Shown in pieces: positions 8,900-19,157 of a stretch of 64,000 nt of DNA. Below the pieces are notes generated by a model. The model ran no database searches and was not told the DNA's origin. It saw only the letters and a list, made by a program, of their open reading frames with translations. Every line of letters starts with the position of its first letter. The stretch's first letter is position 1. Made by a program: the position numbers and the translations under genes. The DNA is from a virus. Where the stretch lies: IMG/VR virus record IMGVR_UViG_3300027969_000044, positions 32,001 to 96,000 of that record, one strand, 5' to 3'.

Positions 8900-9649
8900 T
8901 TAGTCGTTATCCAACTCCTTGTAAAGTTTTAACACTTCCCTAACAACCGGATGTCTTTCTACATCTTTCGGTTCAAACGTTGCCATAGCTATCATACGAT
9001 AATCACCCCCTTGGCCGTATAATGAGCAAAATTCTAACAATCCGTTTTCTTTCGGTCTGTCTGCTTGATTTAAATCTCCTGTGACTACCATTCGACTGTT
9101 GTCGCCGATACGTGTCAATAACATTTTCATCTGACTTGGTGTAGCATTTTGCATTTCGTCAGCAATGATAAACGCATTTTTAAATGTACGTCCACGCATA
9201 TATGCCAACGGTGATATTTCAATCACGCCATCTTCAAGCATCTCTTGGATTTCTTTAGGATGGTAATACTCCTCGAATACATCAAAAATAGGACGAGTCC
9301 ATGGGGCCATCTTAGCGTTTAAATCGCCAGGAAGGAATCCATGTTCTTCATCAACACTAACTGCTGGCCTTGTTACAATGATCTTACTAACCACCCCCTC
9401 TTTGAATAGTTTGATGGCCCATTGAACCGCAAGCATAGTCTTACCCGTACCGGCAGGGCCGATAGCAAATGTAATGTATTTCTTGGGGTTTTTCAACAGC
9501 TCTACATAAGTTTCCTGCGCTAGATTGCGCGGAACAATGTTAACCTGTTGCTTTTTACGCAGATATTGATTGATTTGAATCAAGTTTGATGTATTATCGT
9601 TACGGTTAGAGCCCATAACAACTCTCTCTTTACGTTTTGCTCTAGACAA
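8900..9649 (-). CDS. phoH: PhoH-family ATPase
   Basis: GPAGTGKT, TRPAV, GFLPG, YMRGRTF, DEMQN, TGD..QAD and RHPVV motifs; start moved to TTG 9649, downstream of SD AGGAGG. Confidence 0.93.
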   Translation of the reverse strand: MSRAKRKERVVMGSNRNDNTSNLIQINQYLRKKQQVNIVPRNLAQETYVELLKNPKKYITFAIGPAGTGKTMLAVQWAIKLFKEGVVSKIIVTRPAVSVDEEHGFLPGDLNAKMAPWTRPIFDVFEEYYHPKEIQEMLEDGVIEISPLAYMRGRTFKNAFIIADEMQNATPSQMKMLLTRIGDNSRMVVTGDLNQADRPKENGLLEFCSLYGQGGDYRMIAMATFEPKDVERHPVVREVLKLYKELDND

Positions 9650-9763
9650 ATTATGCCTCCTTGAGTGAGCGACCTGCAAAAGTAATTATCACCATTGTCT
9701 AAAAACCGTAAGATATCGCTCTTTTTTAGATAGCATAAATATTGATATAACAGAGAACTGCTC

Positions 9764-10342
9764 ATGCACGATATAGTAGATATTATTAAAAATATACAAA
9801 CTTTAACCGCTAGTGATCACTCGTTTAAAATTCTTAAAGATTTTGAAAGAGTACTAGACGAGTTAGACATATATGTTTACAAGAACTGGGAAGACGGTGA
9901 ATTGCTTGCTGGCCCCAATGTAAACAGATATTCCGTAGAATGTAAATTCTTATGGCCAGAAGAGAACATGCCTGACCCAGAAGGCGGTGCTAGATTACTA
10001 GACTACGGGTGTAAAGTAACATACCAAAAAGAACATCTACTTGTTCCACGTAAAGTACACAAGCCTAGCGACTTCCGTCCTGGCACAAAGAAAGGAAAGA
10101 TTGACGCACATCCTGTATGGATTGTAGGTATTACTATGCCTAAGAAACTATTACAAGATATGTTCCAAGGATATACCGATCAAGAACATCGTAAGATGGC
10201 AGAATACATGAAACAAGATCAGATACAAGGTGAGATTCAAGCAGAAGCTGGTGCTTCTCAAGAAGTTCCACCAGAGACCGGAGTATCAGCAACAGGAGGA
10301 GGTCCAGATGCAGGACAAGCCGCAACAGCGCCAACTATGTGA
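9764..10342 (+). CDS. Hypothetical protein (probably late)
   Basis: 192-aa ORF preceded by TAAATA at 9736-9741. Confidence 0.7.
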   Translation: MHDIVDIIKNIQTLTASDHSFKILKDFERVLDELDIYVYKNWEDGELLAGPNVNRYSVECKFLWPEENMPDPEGGARLLDYGCKVTYQKEHLLVPRKVHKPSDFRPGTKKGKIDAHPVWIVGITMPKKLLQDMFQGYTDQEHRKMAEYMKQDQIQGEIQAEAGASQEVPPETGVSATGGGPDAGQAATAPTM

Positions 10343-11066
10343 AGGCCTTAGGGCTAACGACTTGAAAGGCTTTGTTCGTGAAGTCTTTACACTTGATCAG
10401 TATCGTTCAAAGATGGGCGAGGATCAGGATGTAATCGTTGTTGGATTTACAGTTAACGAAAAAGCGCCAGCCGCTGACCTAATGGAGTTTATTGAAAAAG
10501 GATATCCTTTTGTTTTAGACGCAGACATTAGTTCCGGAGAAGAACGAGATGGCAAGTATCAAGTGTTTGTTGAGATTGAAAGAAACAAACAATTTCCAAG
10601 TAAGTTAAAAGACCTATTAAGTGGAGTTAGTCGTTTGACAGACAACTACGATTGGCGTTTCCGTTACTACAAGGATGTCACAGGACATCACTTTAGTGAA
10701 GATGCTATTTTAGAAAATGTTCCTTTAGATCTTAAAGACTACGAAACTAAGATGCTGGAAATCAAAACTAACGTAGTAGCAGAGTTTTTTAATCAAGGTG
10801 CTACTAGTATTATGGTAGATAGTGACGACACAATTATTGCACAAAAAGCATATTCGGGTCCAATTGCTATGGAACTGTTAGCATTAGGCGATTACGAAGA
10901 AGTTAAAGATAGTTTACCAGGTGGACTTATGTTAGATGAGTCAAGTCAAAGTCAAGTTGCATTTTTAGAAAAGTATCTTGGCAATTATGAGATTAATAAA
11001 ATCAATGGAAAGTTTTTAATACGCAACGGGGACCGAGGAATGATCGTGAAAAAGGACAGGTGGTAA
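10308..11066 (+). CDS. Hypothetical protein
   Basis: ATG at 10308 has a strong SD (AGGAGGAGG); N-terminal ..QLCEG resembles an L-x-E propeptide. Confidence 0.7.
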   Translation: MQDKPQQRQLCEGLRANDLKGFVREVFTLDQYRSKMGEDQDVIVVGFTVNEKAPAADLMEFIEKGYPFVLDADISSGEERDGKYQVFVEIERNKQFPSKLKDLLSGVSRLTDNYDWRFRYYKDVTGHHFSEDAILENVPLDLKDYETKMLEIKTNVVAEFFNQGATSIMVDSDDTIIAQKAYSGPIAMELLALGDYEEVKDSLPGGLMLDESSQSQVAFLEKYLGNYEINKINGKFLIRNGDRGMIVKKDRW

Positions 11067-11067
11067 T

Positions 11068-11532
11068 ATGTGGATGCTGAGTTTTATTCCGGATAGTTTT
11101 TTACTATACGTTATACACGCAGTATTAGTTACAGGGATAGTAGGGACTCTGCTATCCTTTTTCTTCCTTAATAGAATACTACGTTGGTTCCCACACCTAG
11201 CTCCATTCCATCTATTGGCACAAATTGTTAGTATTGCGTTACTGGCAAGTGGGTTATATTTTAGTGGTGGCTACCATACAGAAATGGAATGGCGAGACCG
11301 TGTTGCCAAGTTAGAACAACAAATTAAAGAAATGGAAGGCAAGAGCGAAGAGATTAATAAAAAACTCGATGCTGAAAGAAAGAAGAAACAAAAAGTTCGT
11401 ACAGAATATTACAACACAGTTAAAACTGAAATTAAAGAAGTTGAAAAAGTAATTGACGGAAAGTGCGAATTAGATCCTAAAGTTAACGAACTACATAATA
11501 AAGCCGCAAAGAATCCAGAGGGCAAGAAATGA
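11068..11532 (+). CDS. Probable inner-membrane spanin (Rz-like)
   Basis: N-terminal TM helices followed by a coiled coil with Cys; overlaps a lipoprotein gene; near the endolysin. Confidence 0.7.
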   Translation: MWMLSFIPDSFLLYVIHAVLVTGIVGTLLSFFFLNRILRWFPHLAPFHLLAQIVSIALLASGLYFSGGYHTEMEWRDRVAKLEQQIKEMEGKSEEINKKLDAERKKKQKVRTEYYNTVKTEIKEVEKVIDGKCELDPKVNELHNKAAKNPEGKK

Positions 11533-11795
11533 AAAGACTAGCATTTCTATTACCAATTCTTTTGACCGGGTGTTTATCAACACCTCCTAAGATTCCAAAC
11601 TTTCCTAATGTTCCACCTGAGCTATTAAAGGCGTGTCCTGATTTGAGACAAGTTGAACCAGGCACAACAAAGCTAAGTGAGATACTTGAAGTAGTAGCAG
11701 ATAATTACGGACAGTACTATGAGTGCAAAGCAACTGTTGATGACTGGGCACAATGGTACAACAGTCAAAAGAAACTATGGGATAGTTACAAATGA
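11529..11795 (+). CDS. Probable outer-membrane lipoprotein spanin (Rz1-like)
   Basis: Lipobox LLTGC, Pro-rich stretch, ACP..L and YYEC motifs. Confidence 0.75.
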   Translation: MKRLAFLLPILLTGCLSTPPKIPNFPNVPPELLKACPDLRQVEPGTTKLSEILEVVADNYGQYYECKATVDDWAQWYNSQKKLWDSYK

Positions 11796-12202
11796 AAAAT
11801 ATATTAATAGCAAGTGTTATATTACTGAGCGGGTGTGCTACTGTTGATACACTAGTTGAATCATTTTTAATGAAATACGATTCTAGCGAATATCAACAAA
11901 TAGCAGATATAAGAACTACCGCGGGACTAGCAAAAAATAGTTGTGATAATTTTGATGCTTCCAAACAACAAGCAGAAGTTATTTCTAAAAAAACAACAGG
12001 ATTTAAAAATCATACGCAGTATTTGCCGCACAACAATAAGGTAATTAACTCTGCTATAGATTTAGACAAAATGTCGCAGGGCTTAAAAGATCAATACGCA
12101 AAGAATGATAAAGTTAGTGCAGCATTCTGTAAAATCAAATTCGAAACTATAGAAAAATCTGCTGAAACTATACAAAAAGTCGTAGGGAATAAACCAAGAT
12201 GA
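11792..12202 (+). CDS. Lipoprotein of unknown function
   Basis: Signal peptide with lipobox LLSGC. Confidence 0.7.
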   Translation: MKNILIASVILLSGCATVDTLVESFLMKYDSSEYQQIADIRTTAGLAKNSCDNFDASKQQAEVISKKTTGFKNHTQYLPHNNKVINSAIDLDKMSQGLKDQYAKNDKVSAAFCKIKFETIEKSAETIQKVVGNKPR

Positions 12203-12453
12203 GCATAGAATACCACCAAAGTCTATTAGCAAGTATTAGCAGTAACAATCCTGATGTAAATGCCGCAGCCGCACAAGTTAATCAATTAACTGAAATGTGC
12301 GCTACTGGACAAATTAGCAAAGAAGAATACACAGAATTAGTCGAAGACGTTCAACGTCAAATTAATATACAAGCAAACATGGCTGAATTAGAAGCTATGG
12401 AAAAATTAAATACCGCAATGAACGGTCTTATAAGCATTGCCAAAGCGGTATAA
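12199..12453 (+). CDS. Hypothetical protein
   Basis: Helical 84-aa ORF within the lysis block. Confidence 0.6.
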   Translation: MSIEYHQSLLASISSNNPDVNAAAAQVNQLTEMCATGQISKEEYTELVEDVQRQINIQANMAELEAMEKLNTAMNGLISIAKAV

Positions 12454-12483
12454 AAATAAATATATACTTAACAGGACATTAAC

Positions 12484-13110
12484 ATGGCAGACGAATTTAT
12501 TTTAACACAGAGTCAATTAGGACAGATGGTTCCAGGAAACCCTCATATTGATCATTGGTACGATGCACTAGCACAATGCTTACCAGAGTACGATATTAAC
12601 ACACCCCCTAGAGTTGCAGCCTTTGTGGCACAATGCGCCCACGAAAGCGGCGGGTTTAAAGCAATCAAAGAAAATTTAAACTATCGCGCTGTAACATTAC
12701 GCAAGGTATTTCCTAAGTATTTTCCTAACGACGAGCTTGCTAATGCCTACGCACAAAAGCCGGAGATGATTGCCAATCGTGTTTACGGTGGACGTATGGG
12801 CAACGGTGACGAACATTCAGGTGACGGTTTTCGTTACTGTGGTCGAGGGCTTATTCAATTAACGGGAAAACAAAACTATCAAAATTTTGCTGACAGTTTA
12901 GAAATGTCAGTAGAAGATGTTCCTGAATATCTAGCAACATTTGAAGGAGCAGTCCAATCAGCTTGCTGGTTCTGGGAAAGCAATAATCTTAACCAATGGG
13001 CTGATAAGAGCGATATTGTAACATTAACAAAGCGTATCAATGGTGGCACCATTGGACTTGAAGATCGTATTAAACATTACAATCACGCATTACATATATT
13101 AGGAGCATAA
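12484..13110 (+). CDS. Endolysin, glycoside hydrolase family 19
   Basis: AAFVAQCAHESGGF, ENLNY, GRGLIQLTGKQNY, SACWFW and TKRINGG motifs. Confidence 0.92.
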   Translation: MADEFILTQSQLGQMVPGNPHIDHWYDALAQCLPEYDINTPPRVAAFVAQCAHESGGFKAIKENLNYRAVTLRKVFPKYFPNDELANAYAQKPEMIANRVYGGRMGNGDEHSGDGFRYCGRGLIQLTGKQNYQNFADSLEMSVEDVPEYLATFEGAVQSACWFWESNNLNQWADKSDIVTLTKRINGGTIGLEDRIKHYNHALHILGA

Positions 13111-13111
13111 C

Positions 13112-13654
13112 ATGGCAGACGGAGCAGTATCAAGCGAGAGCGAAAAGAAAAAAGAAGATTGGATGAACAGTAAATGGCGTCCAATGATGGGCTGGATGTA
13201 TATGGTAATATGTACCATGGACATGGTGATATTTCCAATATTATGGAGTCTATTACAGGCCGTTACACACACAGCAATTACTCAATGGAATCCATTAACA
13301 CTGCAAGGTGCTGGTTTATTCCACATCGCAATGGGTGCGGTACTTGGTATTGCGGCTTTTGGTCGTACACAAGAAAAACTTAACGGAGCAAATAATGGCG
13401 GAGCACAAACACCAGCACCAGCAACCACTAGCGCACCGACAACAGGATTTGGTGCTTCACCTGGGGGCTTCGGTTCTCCAGCCGCAACAACAACACCAAG
13501 TAGCTTTGGCGGAGGCGGGTTTGGAAGCACACCTCCAGTACCAACAGGCTTTAGTAGCGGTACAGGCTTTGGAGCGGGAGCGGCTCCAACGGGAGTAACT
13601 TCAGGGTTTGGAGGTAAGGCAGCGCCTCCTCCACAAGTAGATCCAGTATTATAA
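13112..13654 (+). CDS. Probable holin-like membrane protein with a Gly/Phe low-complexity tail
   Basis: W...WRPMMGW.Y motif, two TM segments, GRTQEK; next to the endolysin. Confidence 0.65.
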   Translation: MADGAVSSESEKKKEDWMNSKWRPMMGWMYMVICTMDMVIFPILWSLLQAVTHTAITQWNPLTLQGAGLFHIAMGAVLGIAAFGRTQEKLNGANNGGAQTPAPATTSAPTTGFGASPGGFGSPAATTTPSSFGGGGFGSTPPVPTGFSSGTGFGAGAAPTGVTSGFGGKAAPPPQVDPVL

Positions 13655-13666
13655 GGAAATAACATT

Positions 13667-13885
13667 ATGAAATTATTATTATCATTAGTAGCAAGTTTAG
13701 CACTTTTGGGCACAACACCTGTATTTGCCGAAGCTGTAGTAAAAGAAGTCTGCCACGATAAAGTTGGCAAGGACGGAAAACCAGTTAAAGACAAAAAAGG
13801 CGACATAGTACAAGAGTGTAAGAAAATCAAAACACACAAGAAATTAGAAGGAACTGAGGTTCCAGAAGATAAGAAAAAGAAGTAA
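13667..13885 (+). CDS. Small exported Lys-rich protein
   Basis: Signal peptide (PVFA|E) and two Cys residues. Confidence 0.65.
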   Translation: MKLLLSLVASLALLGTTPVFAEAVVKEVCHDKVGKDGKPVKDKKGDIVQECKKIKTHKKLEGTEVPEDKKKK

Positions 13886-13892
13886 TCATTAC

Positions 13893-13948
13893 TTGACTTG
13901 TTAGGCAGTCGGTAGTATAATTAACATATTACCACTGCCTATATTTTT
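13893..13948 (+). promoter_or_regulatory. Sigma70 promoter TTGACT-N17-TATAAT overlapping a terminator-like hairpin
   Basis: -35 at 13893-13898, -10 at 13916-13921; arms TAGGCAGT(C)GGTAGTAT / ATATTACCACTGCCTA followed by a T-rich run. Confidence 0.75.
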
Positions 13949-13950
13949 GG

Positions 13951-14793
13951 ATGACAGATTATTACCACGCCCTTGGTGTTCAAAAGGGAGCTTCAGATGA
14001 TGAGATTAAAAAGGCTTATCGCAAACTGGCGATGAAGCACCATCCTGACCGCGGTGGCGATGCATCTGAATTTCAAAAGATACAAGAAGCATACGCCACA
14101 CTTAGTGATCCACACAAAAGAACAGAGTATGATAACCCCACTCCACAGTTTGGCGGCGGATCGGGGTTCCCTCCCGGATTCGAAGAAATGTTTCGAAACG
14201 GACAATTTGGAGATATGTTTGGAGGAGGTAACCCATTCTTTGGAGCAGGCTTTGGACGACAACCTCGACAATCAAAGAATAGAGACATAAGCCTCGAAAC
14301 ACAAGTTACATTAGAAGATGCCTTTTCCGGCAAGACAATTATGGCGAACATAAATTTGCCTAGCGGAAGAGAGCAAGTACTAGAAATTAAAATACCCCCC
14401 GGAATTAGCACAGGTCAACGCCTAAGACTACAAGGAATGGGCGATGATTCAAATCCGCATTTAAACAAAGGTGACATATACATTACCATTCATGTAGCAA
14501 GACACAGTACATATGAAAGAGAAGGCGATGATTTAATTACAGAAATTACTATTTCGGTCTGGGATGCTATGTTAGGAACCGATACAACTATTAAAACTCT
14601 CGACAACAGACAATTACAAGTAGGAATTCCAGCAGGAACGCAACCGGGTAGTACATTACGATTAGCAGGATACGGAATGTCAAACATACAAGATAGTCGG
14701 TTTAAAGGAAATATTTTATTAAACATTAATGTTAATGTACCTACTAATTTAACTGAAGAACAAAAAAATCTAGTTAAACAACTTAAGGCGTAA
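13951..14793 (+). CDS. DnaJ-family co-chaperone without zinc finger (CbpA-like)
   Basis: J-domain with HPD, G/F-rich linker and C-terminal substrate-binding domains. Confidence 0.92.
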   Translation: MTDYYHALGVQKGASDDEIKKAYRKLAMKHHPDRGGDASEFQKIQEAYATLSDPHKRTEYDNPTPQFGGGSGFPPGFEEMFRNGQFGDMFGGGNPFFGAGFGRQPRQSKNRDISLETQVTLEDAFSGKTIMANINLPSGREQVLEIKIPPGISTGQRLRLQGMGDDSNPHLNKGDIYITIHVARHSTYEREGDDLITEITISVWDAMLGTDTTIKTLDNRQLQVGIPAGTQPGSTLRLAGYGMSNIQDSRFKGNILLNINVNVPTNLTEEQKNLVKQLKA

Positions 14794-14801
14794 ATATCGA
14801 T

Positions 14802-15305
14802 ATGCTAGAAATTAAAAAATTCCCCGACCCAATTTTAAAAGAACGTCTACAAGACTTTGATTTTGAAAATCCAGTAATGGATCCTGTAGAACTTGAACGC
14901 GAAATGTTAGCAACTATGTTTGCCAACAACGGTATCGGTCTTGCAGCAAATCAAGTTGGGATTAATGCCCGCGTGTTTGTAATGGGTTCTAAAGAAAACT
15001 TTTTAATGGCTAAAGCGTACTTTAATCCAAAGGTGCTTGCCAATACAGATACACTACAAGAACTGGAGGAAGGATGTTTGAGTTTTTCCAATATTTTTGT
15101 TAAAATAAAAAGACCAGATGCTATTAAGGTTGAATATCAAAATTCAAAAGGTGAAACTGAAACTTCAGAATTTAGTGGGTGGGACTGTAGAGTGTTTCTA
15201 CACGAATTTGATCATTTGGAAGGTATTACTTTCCAGGATCGAACTAGCCAACTTAAATGGGCATTAGCAATTAAGAAATCAAAACCTAAAAGGAAAGTAA
15301 AATAA
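14802..15305 (+). CDS. def: Peptide deformylase
   Basis: GIGLAANQ, EGCLS and HEFDH motifs. Confidence 0.95.
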   Translation: MLEIKKFPDPILKERLQDFDFENPVMDPVELEREMLATMFANNGIGLAANQVGINARVFVMGSKENFLMAKAYFNPKVLANTDTLQELEEGCLSFSNIFVKIKRPDAIKVEYQNSKGETETSEFSGWDCRVFLHEFDHLEGITFQDRTSQLKWALAIKKSKPKRKVK

Positions 15306-15306
15306 T

Positions 15307-17595
15307 ATGATATTGGAACCAAACAGCGATCTTGAACAGATTTTTGAAAGAGCAGTTAATCTTGCCATTAAGAATCAGCACGAGTATATAACACTTGAGC
15401 ATTTCTTACACAGCATGGTCGTTGATCAAAAGTTTGGAGCATTGCTCAAGGACTTTGGAGCAGAGGTAGCTGACCTAAAAGCTAACCTAGAAAACTTCAT
15501 CGATAAAGAACTAGACGATATCAAGGTAGTTGCTAAAGATCAAAAGCCAAAGAAAACAAACACAGTTGAGCGTATGCTTAATCGTGCGTTTACACAGGTA
15601 TTGTTTAGCGGACGTAATGTAATTGATCCAGTTGATTGCTTTATTAGCCTGTTTGCCGAAAAGAAGAGTTTTGCCAACTACTTTTTACGTAAAGCTAAAG
15701 TAGACAAAGATGCGTTTATTAAATGGATTAATGAAGAAAATTCTAAAGACGAAGAAGAAGGCAGCGAAGGCGGCCGTGGTGGTGGTAGAGACTTAGATCG
15801 TTTGATTGGAAAGTATTGTGTTAACCTAACACAAAAAGTAAAGAACAAACAAATTGATCCTGTTATTGGCCGCGAAAAAGAGATCGAAGAAATTCAACTG
15901 GTACTTGCTCGCCGTACAAAGTCAAACGTTATGATGATCGGTGATCCGGGTGTAGGTAAGACTGCTATTGCTGAAGGTCTAGCACGTAAGATCTTTGAAG
16001 GTAGCGTTCCTAAATTTATTTTAAATCACACAGTTTATAGTCTAGACATCAGTGCTATGATCGCAGGTAGCAAATATCGCGGTGACTTTGAAGAACGTTT
16101 GAAAGGTGTTATTAAAGCACTTGAAAATAAGAAAGACGCTATTTTGTTTATCGACGAAGCACACATGATGAATGGTGCTGGATCAGCAGGTAGTGGTTCT
16201 AATGACATGTCTAATATGCTTAAACCAGCATTGGGCAAAGGTACTATTAAAGTTGTAGCAAGTACAACATGGGAAGAGTTCCGTAAACACTTTGAAAAAG
16301 ATCGTGCGTTGATGCGTCGATTCCAGCGTGTAGTTGTTAACGAACCTAACGAAGCTACCGCCATTAAGATCATCAAAGGTCTTAAAAAGTATTACGAAAA
16401 ACATCACGGTGTTAAGATTACAAATCAGGCCATTATTGATAGTGTTAAGTATTCTATCAAATACATGACTGATAAGAAGTTGCCAGATAAGGCAATTGAC
16501 TTAATTGACTGTGCGTGTGCTCGCTTTAAGGTTAGAGATCAGGAAGCAGGTATTGTTGATCACGACGAAATCTTGTTTGAAGTTAGTAAGATCGCAAACT
16601 TGCCTTTAGATCAAATTGCATCTAAAGAAAACAAGAATCTTGTTAACCTTGAAAAGAATATGCGTGGTAAGGTGTTTGGTCAAGAGAAAGCAATTGAAAT
16701 TCTGCTTGATAAAATCTTTATCGCACAAGCAGGGTTAAAGAGTATTAACAAACCAGTTGGTAACTTCTTGTTTGTTGGTCCAACTGGTGTTGGTAAAACT
16801 GAAACTGCTAAACAATTAGCAAGTAATATGAGTGTAGAACTTGTTCGCTTTGATATGAGCGAATTCCAAGAACAACATTCTGTTGCCAAGTTTATTGGTG
16901 CTCCTCCGGGATATGTGGGCTTTGAAGACAACGCAGGTCAGTTGATCACTAAACTACAAGAACATCCTAACTGTATCTTGTTACTTGACGAGATTGAAAA
17001 AGCTCACCCAAGTGTAGCAAACGTTCTACTACAACTTATGGATAACGGTTATGTTACTGGTTCAAATGGAAAAGTAGCAGACGGTCGTAATTGTATTTTG
17101 ATTATGACCAGTAACCTAGGTGCCGCTGATGCTGAAAAGAACGCGGTAGGATTTGGCAGTTTAGAACGTGATGATGACAGCAAAGATGCTATTAACACAT
17201 TCTTTAAACCCGAGTTTCGGAACCGTTTAGACGGCATTATCAAGTTTGGCAAGTTGGATCAAACTACTATGGTTAAGATTGTTAAGAAGTTTATTGACGA
17301 ACTTAATTCATTGTTAAAAGATCGCCATGTTCATGTTAAGCCCGATGCTGACGCAGTTGAGCTATTGATCAAGAAAGGCTTTAACAGTAAAATGGGCGCT
17401 CGTCCACTAGCACGTACTATTGACGACTTAATCAAGAAGCCGTTAAGTAAGCAGATTCTTTTTGGCAACTTACAAAATGGCGGATTAGTAGAAATACTAG
17501 TTAAAGGCGATGACCTTATGCTAAATTACATCGAAACATTACCAGTTGTTGATGTGAAAGCCGAAGAGATACAAATTGAAGACGCTGGAAACTAA
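15307..17595 (+). CDS. clpA: ClpA-type AAA+ unfoldase
   Basis: Clp N-domain, two Walker A motifs ([16 protein letters not shown]), no long ClpB M-domain, VGF ClpP-docking loop. Confidence 0.9.
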   Translation: MILEPNSDLEQIFERAVNLAIKNQHEYITLEHFLHSMVVDQKFGALLKDFGAEVADLKANLENFIDKELDDIKVVAKDQKPKKTNTVERMLNRAFTQVLFSGRNVIDPVDCFISLFAEKKSFANYFLRKAKVDKDAFIKWINEENSKDEEEGSEGGRGGGRDLDRLIGKYCVNLTQKVKNKQIDPVIGREKEIEEIQLVLARRTKSNVMMIGDPGVGKTAIAEGLARKIFEGSVPKFILNHTVYSLDISAMIAGSKYRGDFEERLKGVIKALENKKDAILFIDEAHMMNGAGSAGSGSNDMSNMLKPALGKGTIKVVASTTWEEFRKHFEKDRALMRRFQRVVVNEPNEATAIKIIKGLKKYYEKHHGVKITNQAIIDSVKYSIKYMTDKKLPDKAIDLIDCACARFKVRDQEAGIVDHDEILFEVSKIANLPLDQIASKENKNLVNLEKNMRGKVFGQEKAIEILLDKIFIAQAGLKSINKPVGNFLFVGPTGVGKTETAKQLASNMSVELVRFDMSEFQEQHSVAKFIGAPPGYVGFEDNAGQLITKLQEHPNCILLLDEIEKAHPSVANVLLQLMDNGYVTGSNGKVADGRNCILIMTSNLGAADAEKNAVGFGSLERDDDSKDAINTFFKPEFRNRLDGIIKFGKLDQTTMVKIVKKFIDELNSLLKDRHVHVKPDADAVELLIKKGFNSKMGARPLARTIDDLIKKPLSKQILFGNLQNGGLVEILVKGDDLMLNYIETLPVVDVKAEEIQIEDAGN

Positions 17596-18265
17596 AAAAC
17601 TCTTTTATAGAAAGTATCCATACAAAGTAGCTTGCCGAATCCAAGGCGGCTACTATGTAGCCAGGTACGGCCAAGATGCTGTACTCAAGGCCATGGAATG
17701 GAATAAAAAGTACGCAAATAACACATACGACTATCGCGTAGGTGGTGGGACAAAACTTAACTATGACGATTTAGATAAATTTGCTAACCTATCTAGAAAA
17801 TATCTAGTTAGAGATGACATTAGGGTCCGGGCAGAAGGTAGACATTTTAATTTGTTTAGTATGGACAAAGATACACACGAACAAATTATTAAAGATCTAG
17901 GAAACTGGGTAATGGAAGTCACTGAGCCAAAAAATGATAAAGACTTAGAGTATTTGCTGGCCAATAAATCAGTCAAAGTTATTGTAGATCAGTTTCCTTA
18001 CGAACACTACAAATATAAAATTGTCTTAAAAAGTACCATGAAAGCCGACCAAAGAGTTCGGTTTAACGGATGGCTTAACAAGTATACTGAGAAGGACATA
18101 CTTGTTAGTAGCATTACTACGCAACGATGGATGGATGATAAGAAGCAGTGGGCGCAAAATCCGTTCATTTATGTATCTGATGATGGAGTACGTACACTTG
18201 TAGAGTTATACTTAGGTGCTAACAAGAGCAGGACTGAAGAATTCGTATTGCGTTCTACTATATAA
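17576..18265 (+). CDS. Hypothetical protein
   Basis: 229-aa ORF with internal repeat-like segments YPYKV / FPYEHYKYKI; start codon uncertain. Confidence 0.65.
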   Translation: MKTLETKKLFYRKYPYKVACRIQGGYYVARYGQDAVLKAMEWNKKYANNTYDYRVGGGTKLNYDDLDKFANLSRKYLVRDDIRVRAEGRHFNLFSMDKDTHEQIIKDLGNWVMEVTEPKNDKDLEYLLANKSVKVIVDQFPYEHYKYKIVLKSTMKADQRVRFNGWLNKYTEKDILVSSITTQRWMDDKKQWAQNPFIYVSDDGVRTLVELYLGANKSRTEEFVLRSTI

Positions 18266-18282
18266 TGGCATAAATACATGTT

Positions 18283-18693
18283 ATGCCAGCATTAGCCAAA
18301 TCATTCTTATTTCCAAATCTTACTAACCCTGTTAGTACCAGCACCAGCATTAACTATCCTGGTGCTACTACCACTAGTACTTTTACTCGTGTAAGCGATA
18401 AGCAACCAGGTAACGGATACTATGGTGCTAGCAACGGTGTACATACCATAGCATATACTGTACAGCATAACTTTATTGGTACATGTACCGCTCAAGCAAC
18501 ACTGGCTACTGACCCTATTGATATAAACTCAACAAATACCGACTGGTTTGACGTTGTAGATTCACAAATAGAGTACAATTTGCCTGGATATACCACTACA
18601 AACTACGTAAATTTCTCAGGAAACTTTGTGTGGGTACGTGCTAAAGTAGATATCGACCTAGGCGGTATCCAGTTTATCAACTATAACCACTAA
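18283..18693 (+). CDS. Probable virion protein
   Basis: Beta-rich; ends NFSGNFVWVRAK; TAAATA 6 nt before the ATG. Confidence 0.6.
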   Translation: MPALAKSFLFPNLTNPVSTSTSINYPGATTTSTFTRVSDKQPGNGYYGASNGVHTIAYTVQHNFIGTCTAQATLATDPIDINSTNTDWFDVVDSQIEYNLPGYTTTNYVNFSGNFVWVRAKVDIDLGGIQFINYNH

Positions 18694-18764
18694 GCCATTT
18701 TTGTCATAAATACTCTATTATTACAGAGTTAGACTCTGTTCATGACATTAAGGTACGGTTATAT

Positions 18765-19154
18765 ATGAAACTTCTCGAATTCTTCGGAAAACCTATAGAA
18801 ATACACCAGGATAAAAACGATTCCCGTAAACCGGGAGAAGATCCTAAGTTAAATCGCGAAGAAGAAGATCAGCTTGCTAACGATATATTAGAGTATATCC
18901 TTAACAACGACGAGCTACACAAAAAGCAGTTTTTACCCGTAGCAAGAAAACTCCACAAAAACCCAACAACACATCACAAGCCTGATGTATGGCTACCTTT
19001 AGTAAACAAAGGATGTATGGAGTTTTACAAAGAACGAGATATGAGTGGCGATCCAATGGATCTATTCAATAAAGAATTTAGGTCTGACTTATGTAAGAAA
19101 TTTTCAGACCATAACAAACACATCCTCATGGGTGAATACAATCTCGGAAGATAA
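18765..19154 (+). CDS. Candidate capsid-internal protein
   Basis: N-terminus MKLLEFF; TAAATA at 18707-18712 upstream. Confidence 0.55.
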   Translation: MKLLEFFGKPIEIHQDKNDSRKPGEDPKLNREEEDQLANDILEYILNNDELHKKQFLPVARKLHKNPTTHHKPDVWLPLVNKGCMEFYKERDMSGDPMDLFNKEFRSDLCKKFSDHNKHILMGEYNLGR

Positions 19155-19157
19155 CCC

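Noticed and set aside
13282-13839. Long antisense or alternate-frame ORFs (e.g. 13282-13839 -, 632-1057 -, 19673-20152 -, 51752-52270 +)
   Set aside because: They mirror low-complexity or biased sense genes and have no RBS or recognisable motifs.
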